A stretch of DNA of 32,000 nucleotides from Halogeometricum borinquense DSM 11551 (GTDB lineage Archaea; Halobacteriota; Halobacteria; Halobacteriales; Haloferacaceae). Location of the stretch: positions 1,050,001 through 1,082,000 of the forward strand of contig NC_014729.1 in assembly GCF_000172995.2 (NCBI RefSeq), given 5' to 3'. The position numbers and the translations under genes are program-made. Shown here in pieces: positions 25,846 through 32,000 of the stretch (the stretch's first letter is position 1; every line of letters starts with the position of its first letter). The notes below the pieces were generated by a model. It worked only from the letters and a program-made list of their open reading frames with translations, ran no database searches and had not been told where the DNA came from.

Positions 25846-26004
25846 GTAGAGACGTTACGGTTGAATTGCGGTTCACACAATTCGGTGATCGAACGTTCCG
25901 TGTAAATGGCCTCGGGGTCAAGTGGTTCGAGACGCGTAGCGTCTCGTCATCACGGAAATCAAAGATTTCCGTTCGACCCCGAGGCTTTCGCGTGGACTCC
26001 CGGT
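25846..26004 (-). ncRNA. Candidate omega-RNA (reRNA) scaffold of the TnpB element
   Basis: Immediately 3' of the tnpB stop on the same strand. An outer 10-bp helix (25910-25919 / 25975-25984) encloses an 8-bp hairpin (25928-25946) and a 9-bp hairpin (25952-25972). Further hairpins lie at 25863-25883 and 25831-25845. The 5' boundary may extend into the tnpB 3' end. Confidence 0.55.
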
Positions 26005-27276
26005 CTAACTGCCAAGAGCAGTAGACGAATATTCGCCGTTCACGTTCAGCGTCCCGCGATTCAAGCGCACATCTACGGATGCGCCTCCATCGTCCGCGTT
26101 TTGCCGACGACGGAGATACTGCAAACCGATGTTCTTGGAAGCGTTGTAGTCAGCGTGGTTCTCGTACCCACACTTCTGACAACAGAACGCTTCCCCAGAC
26201 CGATTGTCGCTATGGGTAAACCCACACGTCGAACACCGCTTCGACGTGTTGCGTGGGTCAACCTGTACGGCTTCCACGCCGTACTCCTCAGCTTTGTATT
26301 CGACGTATTCGTAGAGGCGTCGGAACGCCCATACGTGTTGCCACGTCGCCTTCGGGATGTTCTCCCGAATGTGGGTCAAGTCCTCGAACACGATATGCGA
26401 GCAGTCGTATTCGACGGCCTCCTCGATGAGTTCGTTCGCCACCGAGTGCAGATATATCTCGAATCTCCCCGTCTCTTTGTGACCGACACTCTCGATGTTC
26501 TCGTGAGCGTGACGCGAGCCGCACTGTTGGAGCGATCCACGGCGTTTCTCGTACTCTCTGCGCCAGTGGTTGAACTCGTCTGCCGACCAGAAGCGCCCTG
26601 TTGAAGCGACGGCGAGGTTGTTCACGCCCAAATCCACACCAAGAACTGTTCTGTGCTTGGAATCGGATTCGGGGTCGTCGCTTTCTTCGACCTTCCGCAT
26701 GGAAGCGTGCAAGTACCAGTCGCCGTCGCGGTACTGTAAGTGCGCCATCCGAAACTCGAAATCCTCGTCGGAGACGTACTTCGTTGGTGGTTTCTCCGAG
26801 TCGTCGGGAAGGATGTAATCGCACTCGATACGTCCGTCAACGGTAGAGAGGGAAACGTGGTCGCGGTGGAACGTTGCACTTCGCTTGTCGTACACGGCGC
26901 TATCTGCTGAGAAGTAGGGTCGTGAGGTTCTCTCGCCACGCTTGAGGCGTTCAACTCCGCTTTTGACGGCTTCAACCGCCCGTCGAATCCCTTTCTGGAT
27001 GAGATTCGCGGTGAGGTTGGTTTCGTTGCGGAGTTGGTCGTAGAGAGCTTGTTCGGCTTTGGCTTTGGATGTGACGTGGTATCCGTCGTCGTCACTAGAA
27101 ACGCCGCGCGTTTCTGGTTGGCAGCCAGATTCTACAGGAATCTGGCGACGCCCGTGCCAGCACCACTCGCTTGCGGTGTTGGCGCAGTGTTTGAACTGCT
27201 CGACAGTCTCATGGAGAATCGGATTTGCTCCTTTGGGAGTGTCGAGTTTGATGACGGCGGTTCGACGGTATTCCAC
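26005..27276 (-). CDS. tnpB: TnpB RNA-guided endonuclease (IS605 OrfB / IS1341 group)
   Basis: RuvC-I VLGVDLGVNN, RuvC-II IVFEDL, zinc ribbon CSTCG...CQKCG, RuvC-III HADYNASKNIG. 423 aa, GTG start at 27276. Confidence 0.95.
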   Translation of the reverse strand: MEYRRTAVIKLDTPKGANPILHETVEQFKHCANTASEWCWHGRRQIPVESGCQPETRGVSSDDDGYHVTSKAKAEQALYDQLRNETNLTANLIQKGIRRAVEAVKSGVERLKRGERTSRPYFSADSAVYDKRSATFHRDHVSLSTVDGRIECDYILPDDSEKPPTKYVSDEDFEFRMAHLQYRDGDWYLHASMRKVEESDDPESDSKHRTVLGVDLGVNNLAVASTGRFWSADEFNHWRREYEKRRGSLQQCGSRHAHENIESVGHKETGRFEIYLHSVANELIEEAVEYDCSHIVFEDLTHIRENIPKATWQHVWAFRRLYEYVEYKAEEYGVEAVQVDPRNTSKRCSTCGFTHSDNRSGEAFCCQKCGYENHADYNASKNIGLQYLRRRQNADDGGASVDVRLNRGTLNVNGEYSSTALGS

Positions 27277-27347
27277 TGTGTTTCACATATCGCTGAGAGG
27301 TAGCCTACCTTCGTAACGTGGTTTGTGCCCTTAGTTGTCGGCTTCCT

Positions 27348-27368
27348 CCCCGAGGTCAAGCCTCGGGG
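27348..27368 (-). repeat. Left-end subterminal hairpin of the IS element
   Basis: CCCCGAGG tcaag CCTCGGGG, an 8-bp stem lying 72 nt upstream of the tnpB start. It uses the same arm sequences as the outer helix at the right end. Confidence 0.7.
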
Positions 27369-27423
27369 CATCCGCCTTGATCTTTTCTGTGAAGTTTATC
27401 ACCGGACGGCGTGAACGTTGTCT

Positions 27424-28200
27424 ATGGACACCGTCACACACCACGGACGCGAGACGGCGTACCGAGTCTCCGACCGCGGCGCGGCGGGACCGACGCTTCT
27501 GTTCGTCCACGGAAGCGGAGGCACGCACGCCGTCTGGAAGTCCCAGTTTCGTCTTTCCGACGAGTTTCCGGTCGCCGTCCTCGACTTGAGCGGTCACGGC
27601 GAAAGCGACGATATCGATGCCGAACCAGGATACGAGACGTGTTCTGCCTACGTGGACGATGTCGTCGCCGTCGCTGAGGAAGTTGATGCGTCCGTCTTAA
27701 TCGGCAATTCGCTCGGCGGTGCCGTAATTCTCACGGCGCTCCTCGAACGAGAAGTCGATGTTGACGGACTCATTCTCGCCGGGACGGGTGCGAAGCTTGC
27801 CGTTCTCGATGACCTGTTGATGTGGCTCTCTAATGACTTCCCCCGTGCTGTGTCGTTCTTGCACGACTCGGATCGGCTGTTTCACGACCCGGAGCACGAG
27901 TACGCGATGCTCTCGCAGGAAGCGATGCAAGACGTCGGGCGCGCAGTGACAGAGCGCGACTTTCGGACCTGCCACGAGTTCGACGTTCGGGACGAACTCG
28001 ACGCGGTCGATGTGCCGACGCTGGCCCTCGTTGGTGAACACGACAGGCTCACTCCTCAGTCGTATCACGAGTATTTCTGCGAGGAGATGCCGGACTGCGA
28101 ACTCGGAATCGTTGAAGACGCCGCGCACCTCTCGATGCTGGAGCAACCCGAGGCGTTCAACACGGCGATACAGGACTTCGTCAACCGCCGACTGGAGTAG
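27424..28200 (+). CDS. Alpha/beta-fold hydrolase
   Basis: HGSGG oxyanion region, nucleophile elbow GNSLGG, and a C-terminal ...DAAH catalytic His region. ATG at 27424. Confidence 0.88.
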   Translation: MDTVTHHGRETAYRVSDRGAAGPTLLFVHGSGGTHAVWKSQFRLSDEFPVAVLDLSGHGESDDIDAEPGYETCSAYVDDVVAVAEEVDASVLIGNSLGGAVILTALLEREVDVDGLILAGTGAKLAVLDDLLMWLSNDFPRAVSFLHDSDRLFHDPEHEYAMLSQEAMQDVGRAVTERDFRTCHEFDVRDELDAVDVPTLALVGEHDRLTPQSYHEYFCEEMPDCELGIVEDAAHLSMLEQPEAFNTAIQDFVNRRLE

Positions 28201-28212
28201 GCGTCGTCGCTG

Positions 28213-29022
28213 TCAGTACAGGTCGTCTAACTCGTCCACGACGTGACTGTGTTCGTCGGCCGGGAAGCCGCCGGATTCGACATCTTCGCGGTACGCCGAC
28301 ACCGCGTCAAGCATCTGCTCGCGGACGTTTCCGTACTGCTTCGAGAACGGCGGCGAGTACGAGGACAGACCGAGCACGTCGTCGACGACCAACACCTGTC
28401 CGTCGCAGTCAGATCCCGCGCCGATGCCAATCGTCGGAATCGAGAGGGCGTCGGTGACCTGTGCCGCGAGATTTGCAGGGATGTGTTCGAGAACCAGTGC
28501 GAACGCGCCCGCTTCCTCGTGTTTTCTGGCCAAGTCGAGGATTTCGTGGCCTTCATCGCGTGTCGTCCCCTGCTGGGTGTAGCCCGTCTCTTTCACTCGT
28601 TGGGGCGTCAGACCGAGGTGTGTCATCACCGGAATCCCGAGTTGGACGAGTCGTTCGGTGAGTTCGACCGTGTGACTTCCCGACTCTAACTTCACCGCAT
28701 CCGCGCCCGCTTCCTTTACCATGCGCCCGCAGTTCTCGATGCTCGTCGCCTCGTCCACGCCAACGGAGAGGAAAGGCATATCCGCGACGACGAGCGCGTC
28801 GTCCGCGCCGCGCGAGACGGCCGCCGTCCGCGATGCCACCTCGTCTACCGTAACCGGAAGCGTCGAGTCGTATCCGAGGTCGGTGTTGCCCATACTGTCA
28901 CCGACGAGAAGCACGTCGATACCCGCCTCGTTCGCTACGCCGGCGGTCGTCGCGTCGTATGCAGTCAGCATCGTTATCGGCGTCGTCCCCGCTTTCTCGC
29001 GTACGTCACGTACCGAGGTCAT
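28213..29022 (-). CDS. panB: 3-methyl-2-oxobutanoate hydroxymethyltransferase (ketopantoate hydroxymethyltransferase)
   Basis: ITMLTAYD, LVGDSMGN, VADMPFLS, VKLESG, MTHLGLTPQ form the canonical PanB motif series. ATG at 29022. Confidence 0.95.
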   Translation of the reverse strand: MTSVRDVREKAGTTPITMLTAYDATTAGVANEAGIDVLLVGDSMGNTDLGYDSTLPVTVDEVASRTAAVSRGADDALVVADMPFLSVGVDEATSIENCGRMVKEAGADAVKLESGSHTVELTERLVQLGIPVMTHLGLTPQRVKETGYTQQGTTRDEGHEILDLARKHEEAGAFALVLEHIPANLAAQVTDALSIPTIGIGAGSDCDGQVLVVDDVLGLSSYSPPFSKQYGNVREQMLDAVSAYREDVESGGFPADEHSHVVDELDDLY

Positions 29023-29145
29023 GTGATATCGGACTCTATTGTTCGTGTTAAGCGTCTCGTTGTCAGTTCTGCCATATCGATTATTAATATTTATATGCGT
29101 ATCAGAACCGGCACGCATTAACCCCCGACAGACGAACGAGACGCT

Positions 29146-29421
29146 GTGCCACGCGTCGAACGAACGAACCCCGATGGCGTTGATTACGGGTGGGTGATGC
29201 AGACGACGTTCGTCGTCACCATTCTCGTCGGGTCGCCGACCGTCGCCGCGCTCTCAATCGCCTACGAGCTTCCAACGTGGGCCGCGCGCGCCTCGTTTGC
29301 GATCCGTGTCGGTGCCGTCATCTGGATACTCACCGCGATTTCCGCCTTCATCTACGCGAAGCGAACTGACGCGGGCGACGGCGGGACGCCACCCGAAGCG
29401 GACATCGAGATGGACGACTGA
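29146..29421 (+). CDS. Small two-TM membrane protein, unknown function
   Basis: Two hydrophobic helices and an acidic tail (PPEADIEMDD). GTG start at 29146; ATG at 29197 is an alternative. Divergent from panB across an AT-rich promoter. Confidence 0.55.
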   Translation: MPRVERTNPDGVDYGWVMQTTFVVTILVGSPTVAALSIAYELPTWAARASFAIRVGAVIWILTAISAFIYAKRTDAGDGGTPPEADIEMDD

Positions 29422-29491
29422 CAGGCTAGCCGGGCGAGCGTGAGACGCCGACTCCCGGAAGTACTTTGTCCCAACTCTGTGACCTGCAGGT

Positions 29492-30340
29492 ATGATTGAC
29501 GACACGATAGAGGAAATCAGGGAGATGCAAACACACAGTTCCTCGGTCGTCGCCGTCAAGGCCACGCGGGCCCTGACGGAACTGCTCGACCGCGACCACG
29601 CGACGGTCGAGGAGTACGAGCGAGACCTCGAACGCAACGTCGGGGCGTTAAAGCGAGCGAACCCCTCGCACGCGTCGCTCTACAACGCAATGGAGGGTGT
29701 TCTCACTCGCGTCACAGGCGAGGCGTCTACCGTGGACGAAGCGAAAGAACTCACCGAATCGGCCGTCGAACGCGTCGTCGAGGACATCGAGAACGGGAAG
29801 TCACGAGCGGCGGCTAACGCCGCGAAAACGTTCAAAGACGGCGAAACGTTCCTCACACACGATTACTCTTCGACCGTGTTGGAAGCCGTCGAAATCGCGG
29901 CCGCGGATGGGAACCACATGACCACGTACGTCACCGAGGCACGCCCGCGCTACCTCGGCCGAAAGACGGCACGGACGCTCTCGGGTATCGACCGCATCGA
30001 GCCACATCTGATCGTGGACGGCGCAGCGGGCATCTTCCTCGAAGAGTGCGACCGCGTCGTCGTCGGCATGGACTGCATCGTTGAGGACACGCTGTACAAC
30101 CGCGTCGGCACGTTCCCCATCGTCGCTACCGCGGCGCAACTCGACATCCCCGTCACCGTTGTCGGATCGGGTGCGAAGATTGTCGATGACGGGTTCATCT
30201 TCGAAAACGAGATTCGCTCCACGGCGGAAGTGTCGTTGGAACCCGTCGAAGACGTTTTCATCGAGAACCCCGCCTACGACGCGACGCCGACGGAACTCGT
30301 AGACGAGGTCATCACCGACGAGGGCGTCCGCACGTTTTAA
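29492..30340 (+). CDS. eIF-2B alpha/beta/delta-family protein (ribose-1,5-bisphosphate isomerase-like)
   Basis: ...FLTHDYSSTVLEAV...YVTEARPRYLGRKTA...VVVGMDCIVEDTLYNRVGT...NPAYDATP shows the IF-2B family fold motifs. Confidence 0.85.
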   Translation: MIDDTIEEIREMQTHSSSVVAVKATRALTELLDRDHATVEEYERDLERNVGALKRANPSHASLYNAMEGVLTRVTGEASTVDEAKELTESAVERVVEDIENGKSRAAANAAKTFKDGETFLTHDYSSTVLEAVEIAAADGNHMTTYVTEARPRYLGRKTARTLSGIDRIEPHLIVDGAAGIFLEECDRVVVGMDCIVEDTLYNRVGTFPIVATAAQLDIPVTVVGSGAKIVDDGFIFENEIRSTAEVSLEPVEDVFIENPAYDATPTELVDEVITDEGVRTF

Positions 30341-30385
30341 AAGACAGCTACCGACGCTCCGAAGACGCTCCGAACCGGTATCAGC

Positions 30386-32000
30386 CTAATCCGAGTCGGC
30401 GGCGGCCACGCTTTCGGTGTCGGAGTGGTCCGCACCGTCCCCACCAGAGTTATCTGTACTGTCAGTATCGCCAAGCTCGAAGCCGGACATCGACGCGTAC
30501 AGTGACGCGTACGTGCCTTCGGCAGCGACTAACTCTTCGTGGGTGCCGTCTTCGACCATGCGCCCGTCAGCAACGGTGTAGATTCGGTCGGCGTCCACGA
30601 CGCTTCCGAGTCGGTGTGTCACGACGACGAACACGCGGTTACGCGTCGCCTCACGGATGCTCCCGAGAACGGACTCCTCCATCCGCGCGTCGAGGTTACT
30701 CGTTGCCTCGTCAAACACCACTACGTCCGCGTCTCGGAGGAGCGCGCGCGCGATGGCCACGCGCTGTTTTTGTCCGCCCGAGAGGCGTACGCCGTCCTCG
30801 CCGAGAACGGTGTCGTATCCGTCCGACAACCCCTCCGCGAACGCTGTCACGCCCGCGTCGGCGCAGGCACGTTCGAACGCTGATTCCGAAGCCTCGGGCG
30901 CGCTTGCAAGGACGTTGTTCCGAAGCGTATCGTCGAAGATGTACGGGTCCTGCCGGACGACAGCGAGACGGTCGCGCCAGTCGTCAACTCGAACAGTCGA
31001 GAGGTCGGTTCCGTTTACTCGAATCGTTCCCGTGTCGGGAGCGTACAGACGAGCGAGAAGCGAGACGATGGTTGACTTGCCCGCGCCCGACCCGCCGACG
31101 ATAGCAATGAATTCTCCGCGCTCAGCCCGGAGACTCACGTTCGAGACGCCTTGGTCGCCATCCGGATAGCGGAAGGAAACGCCGTCGAACGCGACCGATT
31201 CGACGGGTGCCGGTACGTCGGCGTCACCCCCGCGGACGGCCCGGGCAGCAGCCAGTTCGTCCAGTTCGCGGAGCGTCTCGACCAAGTGCGGAAGTTTGCC
31301 GTCGAGACCGTATAGTTGTGACTGAAGCGATGAGACACCGGGACCGAGACGGAGCATCGCAAAAAGCAGCAGGCCGACTGCGCCCAACGAGAGTGCCGCC
31401 CACGTCAACGCGAGATAGACGGCGACGAGAACGACGACGGCGGCGGCGAATCGGTGGAGATTCGAGACGATGGCCTGGTTGACGCGAAGGCCGACGACGG
31501 CGTCGATGTAATCGTCCAACGCGTCAGTGTAGCGTGTCGCGGCCACGTCGTCTAATCCGAACAGCCGCACGTCGCGGATGCCCTGTACGCCCGCCTGCGC
31601 GTGCGCTTGAATCTCCGTATTGGCCGCTGCGATGCTGCTTCCCGCCCCGTACGCAGACCCGACGACGGAGCGAACACCGACCGTAATGACACCGAGAAGA
31701 GCGGCGACAGCGGTCGTGAGGAGCGGGTCAACGGCGAGAGCGAGGATGAGATACGTAAAGACGAGCAACGTGCGTTCGACCACAGAGAGGACACTCGACA
31801 ACACCGTCGCCGGATAGTTCGACTGCGTGACAAGCGTGTTCAGCAGTTCGTCGGACCCGCGTTCGTCCACGTACGAGAGGTCCGCATCAAGGATGCCACG
31901 GAAGACACCCGTCTTGAGACTGCGGATATAGTCGGCGACGAGTTGCGCTTGCAGATAGCGGACGAACGTCGCCATCCCGAATCGGAGTCCGAGTGCGAGA
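30386..32000 (-). CDS. ABC exporter, fused permease/ATPase (MsbA-like); N-terminus lies beyond the window edge
   Basis: Walker A GGSGAGKST, signature LSGGQKQRVAIARAL, Walker B VVVFDEATS, preceded by a type-I exporter TMD. The first in-window Met (31975) falls mid-TMD, so the gene is truncated by the window. Confidence 0.9.
   Translation of the reverse strand, partial: LALGLRFGMATFVRYLQAQLVADYIRSLKTGVFRGILDADLSYVDERGSDELLNTLVTQSNYPATVLSSVLSVVERTLLVFTYLILALAVDPLLTTAVAALLGVITVGVRSVVGSAYGAGSSIAAANTEIQAHAQAGVQGIRDVRLFGLDDVAATRYTDALDDYIDAVVGLRVNQAIVSNLHRFAAAVVVLVAVYLALTWAALSLGAVGLLLFAMLRLGPGVSSLQSQLYGLDGKLPHLVETLRELDELAAARAVRGGDADVPAPVESVAFDGVSFRYPDGDQGVSNVSLRAERGEFIAIVGGSGAGKSTIVSLLARLYAPDTGTIRVNGTDLSTVRVDDWRDRLAVVRQDPYIFDDTLRNNVLASAPEASESAFERACADAGVTAFAEGLSDGYDTVLGEDGVRLSGGQKQRVAIARALLRDADVVVFDEATSNLDARMEESVLGSIREATRNRVFVVVTHRLGSVVDADRIYTVADGRMVEDGTHEELVAAEGTYASLYASMSGFELGDTDSTDNSGGDGADHSDTESVAAADSD

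Larger units (their letters stand above)
25846..27400 (-). mobile_element. IS200/IS605-family, IS1341-type element carrying only tnpB (ends approximate)
   Basis: A tnpB ORF flanked by structured non-coding ends that share CCCCGAGG/CCTCGGGG arms. No Y1 tnpA. It is visibly more AT-rich than its neighbours and sits between core genes. The exact termini cannot be set from one copy. Confidence 0.8.

Noticed and set aside
30353-30374. Perfect 11-nt x 2 tandem (GACGCTCCGAA GACGCTCCGAA) between the eIF-2B-family gene and the ABC exporter.
   Set aside because: It has only two short copies in a 45-bp convergent spacer, which most simply reflects replication slippage. Nothing further can be inferred.

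Overview
This is a high-GC segment with densely packed genes, acidic predicted proteins, Tat/lipobox signals, TATA boxes about 25-35 nt upstream of start codons (mostly leaderless) and many 4-nt ATGA gene overlaps. That pattern fits a haloarchaeal (class Halobacteria) chromosome; I cannot assign a genus from sequence alone. Most of the window is housekeeping. In order, I read: a cold-shock protein, a geranylgeranyl-reductase-like flavoprotein, an EEP-family phosphoesterase, hisD followed directly by a SAM methyltransferase, a HesB/IscA Fe-S carrier, several small or membrane hypotheticals, dodecin, a 5'-nucleotidase, a UspA-type protein, MscS and a TrmB-family regulator. Next comes a minus-strand sugar ABC uptake operon (binding protein, two permeases, ATPase, a tiny membrane ORF, a Gfo/Idh/MocA oxidoreductase). 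The rest is priS-ginS, a Bcp peroxiredoxin, an Hsp20-like gene coupled to cdc48, an alpha/beta hydrolase, panB, an eIF-2B-family protein and a truncated ABC exporter. I saw no rRNA, tRNA or CRISPR array. The one clear accessory insertion is a solo IS200/IS605-family (IS1341-type) tnpB element at about 25.85-27.40 kb. Its RuvC triad looks intact, and a nested multi-helix RNA structure can be read directly downstream of the ORF (candidate omega-RNA). The element ends within a few tens of bp of the hsp20-cdc48 promoter. I found no convincing new multi-gene system. The most unexplained DNA is the ~650-bp ORF-poor gap at 22.6-23.3 kb, which holds an AT-rich perfect palindrome, a long-range helix, a start-less Cys-rich reading frame and a perfect GC hairpin. 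Three different short tandem-repeat arrays (23/24 nt, 24 nt, 17 nt) in intergenic regions and several promoter-embedded palindromes also deserve a look. The many long ORFs antisense to real genes are the usual high-GC artefacts.
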